From: Phallusia mammillata
Taxonomy: Eukaryota
DNA length: 64,000 nucleotides
Assembly: GCA_965637545.1 (NCBI GenBank)
Contig: OZ281495.1
Location: forward strand, 12,276,001-12,340,000
Direction: 5' to 3'
Under the pieces are notes generated by a model that saw nothing but the letters and a program-made list of their open reading frames with translations, made no database searches and had not been told where the DNA came from. Position numbers and translations under genes: made by a program. This document shows, one piece after another, positions 10,981-23,652 of the stretch; position 1 is the stretch's first letter, and every line of letters begins with the position of its first letter.

Positions 10981-13900
10981 CAGGAAATGTGTTGAAATGT
11001 CGCCAAACAACAAAAAGAAGGTTGTCAAATCTGTCAAATGATTTGTCTTTCATACGTGAAGCTACTAGATAACAATCATAAAAGGATAATAACTACTAAG
11101 CTAAACAAAAAAGCAAAACTGGTATGTTAGTATGTGACGGTAAGCTTGTGCATCACGGGCTGCAAACAATGTAATGATACATTTACAGCCCTAGCAAAAA
11201 ATGGCATACAAAAAGAGAGGCAACCCTTTTTCTTGATGCTCAGGTATTTGTGTGAAAATTGTACAACATTTTTGGTCGCAAACATTGAAACTGTTGATGA
11301 CATTGCGGTGTTAGACTAATAGGCCATAAACTATGGAAAGCATGGGAATCGCCAGGTTAGCCCCAAACCTGGAAGTACGCGCTGTAAGAAAAAACGTGAA
11401 GTGATCGGGCGTAATCACCACATATATGTCTAGAGTGCGTATACGGTCAATAGTCCCTATTGACTTAATATTGATATTAGCCAGTTACACAAACACAATG
11501 CATCACATCGCATCACATTACTACACTATTAAAGCTAAAGTTTTAGTTTCAGACATTCAGCAGCGTCACTTTTGTCTTGTAACAGCAGCAGGCGTTTCGT
11601 AGATTGGACTTGCAGTAGGGGCTTCGTAAATTTGAGTTTCTCTGCAAAGAGTCAAATATTTGACATGCATTGAGTTTTATGATACACATGTTGTATTTTA
11701 AAACGTAGAAATAAAACACATGTCTACTACGTACACAACGCAAAATTATGCTTGTAATATTCTTAATCACGCTAAGTTTACCTCTGCGCAAGTGGCGATT
11801 GACGTGTTTGGTGGAGCACATGTCCGAACAGGCAAATTATTGTCACCTTAAAACCAAAACAATGGTTTATGCCAGCGGTGGCCAAACTACGGCCCGCGGG
11901 CCGCATCCGGGCCCCAGTCCTGTTTCATCCGGCCCGCCAAACACCTTGCCTGTTTTTTTCCAAGCACCATATTAGATAAGAGCTCTTCAACCGGGGTTCC
12001 GTACAACCCTTTCAGGGGTTCCGTGAACTTTAAGGGTTGCACGGAAAATAGCAATTCGAACACGAATGGTTCATAGTGTCATTAACCCTGTTTACATGCG
12101 TCGTCTGCAAACGGATCGGATTAAGCCTCAAGCCGGCTTGAGATTTGATCCATTGCAGCGTCCTATTTACATGCGCATGGCGCAAGGCTCGATCCGCTTC
12201 GCCTTGTACGGTGAACTTACCCCAAAAATAGTAATTTATTTTGCTTTGTTGGTTAAAAAGTCGTTGTTTAATTGTAAATCGCAGCCATATGGCAATTATG
12301 CACCTTTGTTTACAATAAGACAAGAAATGTTATTTAGATCATTTTGTCAGAAAAAATTCAAGCTGTTGCGGAGCGAAAAGCTGTCTTTATGTATTGTATT
12401 TGTCAACTAAAATGCCAACAACTGTTTCTTTTCTAAATTGTATTGGTTTCAGAAGTTGCTGGGCTTTCCTCTAGCTATAAAGTATAGTTCTGAGTAGTTC
12501 ACTGTGAATCTGTTTTCAGCAAGTTTGTTGGTTATGAAGCATGATGGCATTAAACAAGGTTGGGAAAATAGCCATTACATTATGTTTGAGACTGATTACT
12601 AACTAAACACTTCCTGCAGAAGTCATTGTAGGTGTCTGTAAAGTTAGCTTTGTTGGTATTTCTGACTGCTTTTTAAATCACTACAAATATTACTTGATAA
12701 TTGTATTGAAACAAAACATGTATAAACCCAGGTCACAAAAAGGTAAAGCAAAGTTGCAACAACACTGTATAAAATACTATTTATTCAGGTACGTTTTTGG
12801 TTTCATTCATTCAGCAAGTAAAACATGTATTTTTGGTTGCAAATCTTTTGACACTATCAAGAGGATGATGGTAATGCTATGTCATAATGTACAACAGACC
12901 TTAAAGAAGTGCTTAATTGTTTAAAAATCTCAATATCCTTGCTTCTATGTTTGATGAAGTCTGTCATAAATTTTACTTTTTACACATTTGACAAAGACAT
13001 ATATATCTGAACCTACACCAATGAGTACTGGTCAAAAAGCGGAAGGACACAACAACATGAATACATTTACAGCACCATGGTGTAATTTAAAATACTCATT
13101 GAAATACAGGCTTCACATCAGTTATCATTTTATCACTGTTTTGTGTGTTTGGTGTTCTGTTGTGTGAATACTGATATGATATTTTTCATTTAGTTGCTGT
13201 ATCTTTCCACAATTGTCTTTTTATGGACTCCACCATTGCCTTTCTGCTTGTGCCCTGTTCATTTTCGTTCCCAAATAAATCCGAAAATGCATCATGTTCT
13301 TGTGTTGATGTTTGTCTTACAAAAAAATAACATGTGAATATGTACTGACCCAGTGGGTAGACAATTAAAACACACCGTATATCTGACTCCTTGTATAAAC
13401 AAACTAATGCTGTTTAACTAAACCTAAAAGACGCAAACTAAAATAATGTTCCCACATTATATTTCAATAAGGCATGTCACGCAAGCGCCACTGGCGACTA
13501 AACACGCAACACAAAAGTCACCGCGCCACGAATCAACTGTGAGATATCAATTCTAATGCGTACTCTAGTCACTTATGCACTGAAGGTAACTCTAGGTAAC
13601 TTAAGGTAACTCTAGATAACTTAAGGTAACTGATTTTAAGTTTAAAACACGTCGGTCTTTATAGCATTCAGGTCATATAGTTGTTATGCGGCATAGTTAT
13701 AAAAACGTACGCCCGAGAAGATTAACTGAGTTCTAAACCGTAATTATTCTTTAAATCGCTTATAGAAGTGTCAAGTGTAACATGGCTGGAAGCAGTTTAA
13801 AACGTTGCTTCACGTTAACACGTAAGGGGACGATAAAACGATAGCCTTAAGCAGTAATTGACCGGTTCAGTGATAAGAAAAACAGGTTTAAATAGCCGGT

Positions 13901-14047
13901 CAAGCTTTTGTGTAGAAAAAAGGCGAGTTATGAACGGGTTTGACCGGGCCAATAGCTACGTCACAACAATTACATGCAAGTTTTAAAATTAAAAGTCCAA
14001 AGTCCGATATGTTTTAAATGAAAAGTCCAAGGTCCGATACAAATACA

Positions 14048-14410
14048 GTGCCTTAGTACCATTACAAAATAGCCACATGTTATTATGTAGGTGTTAGTCC
14101 CACAAAATAAAACTTAACATGTGATTGTTAATACATTTAACAGTATATAGCATTGGGTGGTGCCTTAGTATCATTACAAAAAACAACAACATGTTATTAT
14201 GTAGGTGTTAGTCCCACAAAATAAAACTTAACATGTGATTGTTAATACATTTAACAGTATATAGCATTGGGTGGTGCCTTAGTATCATTACAAAAAACAA
14301 CAACATGTTTTTATGTAGGTGTTCGTCCTACAAAACAAAACATGTGAATGTGGAATGAAGTTAAAACCAACAGTACATGCTATTGGGTGCTGCCTTACAT
14401 TACAAAATAG
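14048..14410 (+). repeat. Tandem repeat, ~112-116 bp unit, about 3 copies
   Basis: The unit starting (G/C)TGCCTTA recurs at 14048, 14160, 14274 and 14390. Confidence 0.85.
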
Positions 14411-14967
14411 CCACACAATTTTATCACATTGTATAGATTTTGTTACAGTTATGACAGAATGGCTTTACATTTATAAATCACATTTACATATGGTTTGTGG
14501 TGTTGTGTGATGAAATAGTTATGACATGCATCTACTGTTCATGCTCACTTCAGTCACTTGCATTGAAATCAATCTGAATATAGTTTCTTAATATCATCAA
14601 AAAATGTCCACTTATTTTTATGCTGTTGTTGCATTTCTGCAAAACTGGGTTTAAATAATTTTACACTTAACAGAAACATGTTTTCTATATAGCAAAACCA
14701 GCATTGAGGTAAAACATTTAGTAATCCTTGTAACTATTTTTCTTGAAAGATGTATGTTTTGGAACAAGACTACACTTACATGTCATACTCTACCATTTGT
14801 TAGGCATTTGTATGTCATGTATATAATACCGACCACAGAATTTGCAGAGGGGTTTCTAAATCTGCTAACATCAATTGTCACCACCATATATTAAGTACAT
14901 AAACTGAAGCTGAACAGATAGGCAAATTAAAAATTTTTCTAGTTGGTCAACCTGCAAGCAATGGGCC

Positions 14968-15358
14968 GGGTGACACTAAAACGCTGAATGGGCGGGACGG
15001 GCGGGACGTCGCGGAAACCGTTAAATATCGGGTAAATTGCTGACGGTTAGTGCTATTAGGGTTGGGTTGAGGTTTTGTAAAAGTATGTGAATCAAAAAAT
15101 GTCACTGCCTAAAACTTATTCAGCTGTTTCCTGACATTCAGCAAAAATGCTTGGGCGGGAAGTCTCCCTCGGCCGCTGAATGTTTCGCTCGGTCGCGGAA
15201 GGTATCCGGGGGAATTATTTTTAATGATTTTCTATTATAAAACCTTATCCCAACCTTAATAGCACTAACCGTCAGCAATTTAACCCGATATTCAGCGGTT
15301 TTCACGACGTCCCGCCATCTCGCGCCCGTCCCGCCCATTCAGCGTTTTAGTGTCACCC
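14968..15358. mobile_element. Mutator (MULE)-type MITE (fourth layer)
   Basis: Long imperfect TIRs (over 100 bp) starting GGGTGACACTAAAACGCTGAATGGGCGGG; perfect 9-bp TSD CAATGGGCC at 14959-14967 and 15359-15367. Confidence 0.85.
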
Positions 15359-17003
15359 CAATGGGCCTGACAACAAGCCGACTATACTTTCCCGTTGCAC
15401 ATTTCGCCTGATCGGCAGTTTACACCCTAAGTCTATTTCTACAAAATGCTTTCCGATGCAAAGCAAATAAACTGGCAAATAACATATTTTTACCCTCCAA
15501 CTAACCTGACAACACAGCAAACGCGCCTTAACAAGAAGGCGAATTAAGCACGAAACGGATTAAACCACCTAGTCGGGGCGGATCGAGCGTGAAACGGATT
15601 CAATCCGTTTCAGCGGCAAAAACGAGAGAAGCGGATTGACGAAACGGATTAGAATCCGTTTCAAGCGTCCATGTAAACAGGGTTATTGTTTCGAACAGCA
15701 ATGCTCGCCTGTGCAATATTGTTAACCTTTGTTATACGATTGATCAATTGTGACGTAATATACACAACCTTGTTACACTCTAGCTAAGTTGCGAGATTAA
15801 TGTAGAAACGACCGATCCAAATAACACGGCAATGCGTTTCAGTTAACCGTTTAATTCAAGTCAACCTTTGTGATGTGCTTTGGATGTGTATGCATCTTTT
15901 TTCTTTGATGTAGCCTAGGCCTACTTGTATTACATTCATTAAAATTATTTTATGGGGGTTCCGCAAAGTTTGACAAAATACCGTAAGGGTTTCGCGTCAC
16001 TAAAAAGGCTGAAGAGCACTGTATTAGATAATATATATATTTTACAATAATATATTATTTTACTACTACAATAATATATATTTCTGAAAAAGGAAACAAA
16101 CGTTTGTAATTGCCACAAATTAACTTGTAAACATTGAATTCGCCCATAACATTAACAGCTATAGACATTCTATGACGTAACAATGCGTCTGATGGTTTCT
16201 ATCATCACGCCATGTTCTGACCTGAAGTAACCTGAGGTTTTCGGGTGCTGTGGTGTGCTTTTTTAAACGAGGTCATTCTATTGCAGGGGTGGCATATATA
16301 TTTTACAATAATATATATATTTTACTACTACAATAATATATATTTTAATAAAGATGGCAACCAGTTACGACAAATTTTACGTAAATCTTATTTAATCCGG
16401 CCCTCCAGTGGCAAGACAGTTGCAAATTTGGCCCTCTGGTAAAAAAGTTTGGCCACCCCTGGTTTATGCGATGAAACGTTTTGGATTCTTGACCAAAAGG
16501 CTTTGTTCGTGTTCTACCAATTATCTCTTAATACGGATATGTTATTTTGAATGCGTTTGGCATAGTCAGTAAGTAAAGAATGAAACCTTATTTGATATAA
16601 GAATGAAACAGGGTATGAAGAAAAGATGGGTTACATACAAGCAAGTAGCTACAGCGCTGCCGACTATCTGTTCAAAGCCAGCACACTCATAGCAAAATTA
16701 GTGGTAACAAGTAGTCAGAATTTTTTTGTCTGTTTTCGTTTAAATTGGCCTGGTCCAAATATGTAATTATCATTAGGTTTTATATATTCACAGTACGTTG
16801 CATCAAATAGAGTCCGAGACTTGATCGATTTATGTTTGACAATAGACCACAACTTTTTCACAGTGCAAAAGATCAAAACTATTTTTTCTAAATGGTGTCC
16901 TATATTTATTTATTTAGGATTCCAGATTAAATGTAATTCCTCATAAGGCCATCAACTTTTTCAAGCTGCAACTTTCACTTTCAGCGAAGCAACACACCGT
17001 TAC

Positions 17004-19923
17004 CTTTAATCTTCTTTAAATAATTTTGTCCCACTTTTATAGCAAGAAGCAATGCAGTCGCAAACACAAGGCAGAGGACAACTGATTTGGTGTGTTGTTG
17101 TCAATGTTATCTTTTCCTGTGTTTTCAGTAACAATTATTGTCACTTTATGAGTAGTTGCAAAGATTTCTGAAGACTTTATCACGATCAAATATTAGCCAA
17201 GGTCCGACTTGGAAACCTGTAATGTTAAGTTGCGTTTTTGAATATGGCATAAACATTACAAATATTATAAAAAAGTGACGTTTGTGAAATAGAGGACCAC
17301 TTTGTTTTCAGTTTGTTCCGTAACGTAGTAGAAATTTGCAACTTCTTTGCCTGCAAGTAAAAAGCTCTTGTGGGAACACTAATTTGAATTATACTAGTTT
17401 ACCTTTTTAGCAAACAATGCATTTGCGCGATTCAACCGGTGTTACAATTTGAAACTTGTCACAGCTACTTCGCATTTACTAACTGATATCTTTTACATGT
17501 GACATTTATATTTACCTTCCTTGAATACCGTAACAGCACTGTGCCTCAAAGTTGGATTAGATTCAAAAGCGAATTCCACTTTACCAGGTTGTTGCAATGT
17601 TACATTGGAATACACTAGTATATTAGGGGAAATGAGTGGTGGAACTGAAATAAAAAATCGGTTTATTAGTCTCTTAGTGTTAAAAAAGTAAGGTAAATGG
17701 TTCATTTCCAAATTACCAAACGAGAGAACATAACTCGAAAAAGGTTGTTTCATACAATCACAATATTTTGTTAATAGCAAACTATTTCCCAACGGTCCAA
17801 ATCAAGACTCCATATGACATAAGCCCGGAGATCAGGTTCTCCTAATTACTACGCTGCTAGGACTTACGGATATATCGTCCTATGAGTTATATAAATCTAA
17901 TTGTATGCTTTGGAAGTTTTGCCTTAGTAATATAACATAGCTTACCTTTTGATCTAAGTTAGAATTAGTACACGAAGAGTGAAAGAAATTTACCCATAAT
18001 TGGCAATTCACTAATAGGCTGAATGACGTAATCTAGATTAACGTGCGTAATTTTTGTGACGTCAGTTGATAGCTAAGCTAGTTATTGTTAAAAGGTAAGT
18101 AGAACGGTACAAAGACAAAGTCAATCTTCTCAAATACGCTATGTGGGATAGTTTGATTCTATATTAGGCAAAAACACAAGCTAATGAGTGCCATTTTATA
18201 ATTGATTAAAGCCCGTGCATGCCCTGAAAAATAAAATAACAACGGTTTATTGATGGTTTCGTTTTTGTAACTTGCTTTAAGTTTGTTTTATGACTGTCAC
18301 TTATACATTACGTACAATATCCGCCACCAACTTACTACGTTGAGTTGAACAAATCTGCTTCCTGATTGACGTTGATCGCGTGATGACTGATAGCACGTCA
18401 CCAGTTTTTTGTGATCCGAAATTTTTAGTTGGTATTTGACCCACGCAAACTAAATTACACAAAACCTAGCTGGTTAAGGTGTAACAATAAAATGAAATAA
18501 CAATTGCAAAGAACTTTGTTCACTAGTAAGTCATTATTTAGAAAAAAATGTGCCTTGTTTTCAACGTAGGTGTTGTTTCCAACGTAGGTGTTATTTCCCA
18601 ACGTAATATTGATGTTTTCCATATTTGAATCAAATTGATCGCAAAATAGCAATACACTTGTGTTGTGCCTAAAGGCTTGTTTCCCAATAGCAGAGTTCAA
18701 ATCTAGAACGCGGCCTGCGTAAAAGGAGCAATAAAATTATTTCATTTAAACATTTTTTAACGTCCGAAAACCATAAATCCCAGCAACTTGATTCGGGAAA
18801 TCATATCTAATACTATTGCGATTCTCGTGACGATTTACATTTCTCATACTTTAAAGCAGTGGTTCTCAAACACTTCAAGCATGCGGCGCCTCAATCAACT
18901 TAATTTTCTTTTCGAGACGCACTTTTCAGAGTCAGTCAGACTGTTGACACTTCAGAAAATAATAAGCTTTAAAACGTTGTTGTGCATAACACACCAGAAA
19001 ATGTTAAAATAGCAAACTTGGCGGCTCTTGGCGTAGTAGTGTTGAGAGACACACTTCGATTTGTATAATTCAGGATAAAAAAGTATTCGAATTTGTTGAA
19101 AAGTTTTGTTGAAAAGTATTGTTTTTTTCACAACCAACTTTGATGTATTTACCTTTGTAACATTCTGGTGCTGCACCATCCCATCGTGCAAACTTGTTGC
19201 AAGTAAAATTGGCTTGACGGCCTACAACATACGAATTTTTAACAAACACTGAATTTAGACATTGGAGTGTTACTTCGCCTCTATCAATCAGGTCTTGCTG
19301 GTCGACTTGTGTTTTGTATATTGCACATTTTCGGGAAGTGAACAATCTGGAAATGTGTAAGGTTAACGGGTTTAATGTGTAAGGTAACTTATTTGAAAGC
19401 ATAACGCACTTTTCTTTACTTACGTTTAATCAAAATGTTTGGGGTAGAGTAACTTGAGTTATAATAACAACCCTGTGCGTACACGACAATCGAACTTCCC
19501 TTCACAAAGTTAGGCGTCAGAATAGTGACACTGAGAATAATTCTTCCTGGTGTAGTATTTCTTGCTGCGATTGTCACTAGAGATGGGTCGTAAACAAAAG
19601 TACTTCCGTCAAAATAAAAATTTGCAAGAAATTGGGCCTCATTGTTATGGCTACGAATGTCTAGGTACAGATCATACGTATAGTTAAATGTTAATTGTTA
19701 CATTGTTACATTTGTAACACCGATAGCCCATTGAAATGATTCGTTGTTGTATCCGTCAGTTGATGCAACTGACGCGTCCAAACAGAGCCCTAAAAACAAA
19801 TCGAACGTGTATTTGTGACTTTAAAGATTATGTTGACAAAATTATCATACCTGTACATCCACCAGTAAAAACCAACAAACATAACAACCTTCCTAAAATC
19901 GAATGCACTAGAAAGTTACACAT
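17004..19923 (-). pseudogene. Receptor paralog 4, pseudogene
   Basis: Homologous exons 19923-19851, 19789-19424, 19346-19153, 18714-18554, 18449-18332, 17644-17516, 17350-17280, 17216-17004. Lesions: in-frame TAA at 19698-19700, a frameshift in the Sushi exon (194 nt), TAA at 17193-17195, and a frameshift before the TM segment. No tail exons were found. Confidence 0.88.
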
Positions 19924-21445
19924 ATTGTCATGTACTTTCGTGACCTTCCAACAGACAAAACTTAACTATATTGATGCATAAGAGAGTTAAAACTGGCTTA
20001 AAAAAACATTTAGCCCACATATACCATATATGATGTGTTATTCGAAGTTTTTACACCTACATGCATTGCCTACTAATGACACTCATTTTTACATCAGGAG
20101 TCAATTCCGACTAGAAAGATTTCCAAAAAGCATTTTTGAACAGTTTTTCTGTAGCCATTTCTAACAGCCAATAAACCTAATATCTTTTTAAAAATATGCC
20201 ATACATATGTGTTTAACTGACGCGTTTGTCACAAAAATATTCTTTTTCCATCAAAAAAATAATAGGTATAATTGGACAACAAAAGGAAAACATTACACTA
20301 CATTTTCGCAAGTTATCTACAATGAAATATTTGTAGAGATAGTGCAGTATCGCTTTAACTTGACAAAATAAAGCCAAACATATCTAATATACATGGGTCA
20401 GTATCCTTTAAAAAAGTTCTTGCAACATTTTTGCGTGAACCAATGCGAAAAACAAAAGTTGACGTTATGTTGTGGGTGAATTAATCAACTCCCACAAATC
20501 AGTGCGTAATTTTCCACACCCACCTTCACTTTCCATGGAAAGTGGTTGCAACCACTTCCGTGTCATGTCGATTCTGTAACAGCCAAACGAAAGTTTCCAC
20601 TTTAGTGAGTCAGACAATTCAAATCCGCTTTTATTTTGCAACGCTATTTTATGCTGTATGTTAACTGGTTGTTAACGTTGTACACTGGTAAAATATGTCT
20701 TGATAGTGCATTGTAAATTTAGGCTAAACGAATCATGAGAAAATGCACTTAAACGCAATATTATCCTGTTGTATCTTATCTACCCAAAACATGAAGTCAC
20801 GATCATAATCAAAACCATGTACAAATTACCATTTCGTTTTAATTTCTCATAACAGACGGATAACAACCAACGTCTGTAAACATTATATTGGACTATTTTT
20901 ACCGCATTATTGGGTAATTTCATTCCATTCTGCCATTTACTGTAAGATTTTTGGGCCGGAAGGTGGTGTGCTTAAAACCGTTTATATTTTTTGAACGACG
21001 TTTTTACACCTTCCTGTCGCATTTATAACAAGTACAATATCAAGGATACACGGATTCCGCACAATAAAATGACACAAAACAAAAAGTTACCTAAAGAAAT
21101 TAACTGGAAACAGAAGCTATTTTGAACTCGAAATGCGTATCGAGAAAAAAAACGTGATTAACCGTCGCTCGAACTTGCTCATACGTGCTGAGACATATAA
21201 CGTATATTTGGCCAGTATGTATTTTTAGAAAAAGGGTCTGTGCACGACAAACGTTGGTTTTTAAGTATATGGCAAGATAACAAGCATATGATATATTCTG
21301 TTTTAAAAAGGTTGCATATTTTGCAAGTTACCTATTTTAGTAATTTGTCATTTGCTTAAAGTTTATAAAGGTGTATGTTTGATAGTTGTAACAGAAAAAT
21401 ATTGCTGTAAATGCACATGAAGAGAAGAATTGTAGTTCAATAGTT

Positions 21446-22396
21446 ATGGATGATAAAGATTTTTCTGATATGACACTTGTTCGACTTGACGAAACAGATA
21501 CAGCTGATGTGCAGAAGTTCATCAACGAGCACTACATACCAAATTGGCCGTTTCTTAAAGCTGCATATTTTGACCCAGTGAAAGTGAGAAAGGCGTTTTA
21601 TCAAGCGATAGAAAAGGATATTCAAGACAACACTTCTTTGGGTAAAAATGATTGTATTTAACGTTTTCGTTACATATTTTTGTTGAACTTTTAAAAATTA
21701 AGCACTCATTACCAACATAAAAGATTTGCTAGTTTGAGATATGCTCTCTACCGGTCGGGTTCGCCGAGAGGTTTCTTTGAATTCGGGTTGGGGTTAGGGT
21801 TGGGAATTAGGAATAAATCGGGATTCATAATCTAAAAACTTTTCTACGCAAAAATGTTGCTGAACGTTAATGTGCATTTGTAAGGTTAGATTATTCTTTA
21901 GATGCAGTTTGACATGGTGATGATGACAATAAAATTTTGTATTACAGGTTTTAGATTGAAGTGCAATGGAGAACTTGTTGCTTGTATCATTAATTCGATA
22001 CAAACAAAGCAGACAAGCACAACGCCTGATGAAAATCCTATTCTGCCTAAATACTCACGATTCAAGACATGGTGTTTGCAAGACATCTTTTCTCGATTAA
22101 ACACCTACCGATATCTTTACATGGGCAAGTTGGCCGTAAATCCAAAATACCACAGACACGGCCTTGCTAAAAAGCTTGGGTTAGCTTGTGAGAAAGTGGC
22201 CTGTTTGTCAGGCTGCAATAACATAGTAGCGATGTCCGTCAATGCATACGTGGGCCAAAATATGAAATCCTTGGGTTATGACCTTTTGCACGAGGTACGG
22301 TTGATTGAGTACGTGGATGACGCCACTGGTTTGAAGCCATTTTTAATTGAAAATCCGCCACATACCCATGCTGCAGTATGGCGTAAGAGTGTATGA
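21446..22396 (+). CDS. GNAT acetyltransferase, insect arylalkylamine N-acetyltransferase (iAANAT)-like, copy A
   Basis: Exons 21446-21641 and 21948-22396. Acetyl-CoA motif A LAVNPKYHRHGLAKKL; C-terminal YVDDATG..PF.IENPPH matches the iAANAT-like family. The 5' end is uncertain: an in-frame acceptor at 21393-21394 may link to an unidentified upstream exon. Confidence 0.82.
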
Positions 22397-23652
22397 GTAG
22401 TTGTGACACAATGTGTTTTAAGTCATTTTTTTGTGTTTATATTTGTATGTTCTGTTCGATTTGAAAATGTATTTCAAGTAAACAGCAACAAAATTGCCAT
22501 TGACAACATTAAAAACCACTTTTTTCGTTACTTGCATTTTCGTATTGTATTTTTTAAAGCGCAACCAATTAGTTTAAGGCTCATTAAGCTGATTGCTTTA
22601 GTGCTGTGTGTTTGCGGCAGCTTTGTCAAAGTGGCGATTTTCTTGTACAATTATGCTTGTTTTGAGTTGCGGGTTGTTTTTTTTAGAAACGCGTTTTATT
22701 GGGCGGGTTATTCTAGAACTTTTTACTTTAACAATAGAACTTTCATTTTTCCATTAATACTCGCTTTCCAAAAAGAGTGCGTTCTTGTTCCGACAAAGAT
22801 ATAATCATACCGCCTTTCAGTGAATCCCAGCTGAAAGCAGTAATGTATTTGAAGAATATCTTTTTCTCAAGAAGACGTTGATGTACGACATTGTCTGTCG
22901 GTCAAAGCATTGGATGAGGTGTTTTGCATGTTGTTTAGCCCAGAGCAAGTTTGCATTGGGATTCGGATAAATGTGGGTCATTATGAGAATACAACTGCTT
23001 TTTAACTGGGTTATATTGCTTTTAATTTATTGTTGCTATAACGCATACAAAACAACGTCGCTCAAAATATGTGATGTAATTATTTTTTTCAAAATTCAAC
23101 TGTTGCCGATGCTTGAATGAAAACGTAGTTGAATTTTTTTCAATTTAATCTAGTCTAGCGTTTATATCTGTGTCTTATTCGAATTAGTCTATTTACGGTA
23201 CAAAGTTACTTTGCGTTTCTACAACACCTTATGTTTATGATGTAATAAACTACTTTGTGATTACAATAAAGCCAGATAATAGCAGCATGTCAATTGTCCA
23301 ATTACTCTGGTCATAACCAAAGTATTTTATATAGAGTTTGTTCATAACTGAAAGTGCTTGATTAAAAGGAAGAGTGCTGTTTTATGATTTTTTTTGCATT
23401 TTTTGTTCTGAATCTATTTTATAGTTGTTGCTTTTCTTTCATATAAATTTACTGGGCCACAGAATTTTTGTTGAATGAAAATGGGCCACGAACGAAAAAA
23501 GGTTGAGAACCACTGGTCTAGCAGTTAGTATAGCATGTCATATATGATTTAGACTTATATTCTACTGCGTTTGCATATTATACAAATGTCTTGTTTCAAG
23601 TGTTAGGATAATGCATTAACAGGAAAGGTTCTATGCCAATAAGGAACTGAAG

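Larger units (their letters stand above)
12084..15684. mobile_element. PIF/Harbinger-like TIR element (third layer), no intact transposase seen
   Basis: TIR AACCCTGTTTACATG / CATGTAAACAGGGTT. The flanks can be read as a 3-bp ATT or a 2-bp TA duplication. AAACGGAT subterminal repeats occur at both ends. The superfamily call rests on the CTGTTTACA terminus style and is an inference. Confidence 0.6.
11978..16021. mobile_element. Second hAT-type element inserted in the first
   Basis: Imperfect TIRs AAGAGCTCTTCAAC / GCTGAAGAGCACTG; perfect 8-bp TSD TATTAGAT at 11970-11977 and 16022-16029; GGGGTTCCG subterminal motifs at both ends. Confidence 0.82.
11873..16461. mobile_element. Non-autonomous hAT element (outer layer of the nest)
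   Basis: TIRs CAGCGGTGGCCAAACT / AGTTTGGCCACCCCTG; perfect 8-bp TSD GTTTATGC at 11865-11872 and 16462-16469. Confidence 0.9.

Noticed and set aside
14048-14410. Repeat array as a possible CRISPR
   Set aside because: The whole ~113-bp units repeat with no unique spacers, the context is eukaryotic and there are no cas genes.
22403-22804. 133-aa hydrophobic ORF after GNAT copy A
   Set aside because: It starts at GTG, is T-rich and low complexity, has no motifs and has no counterpart after copies B or C.
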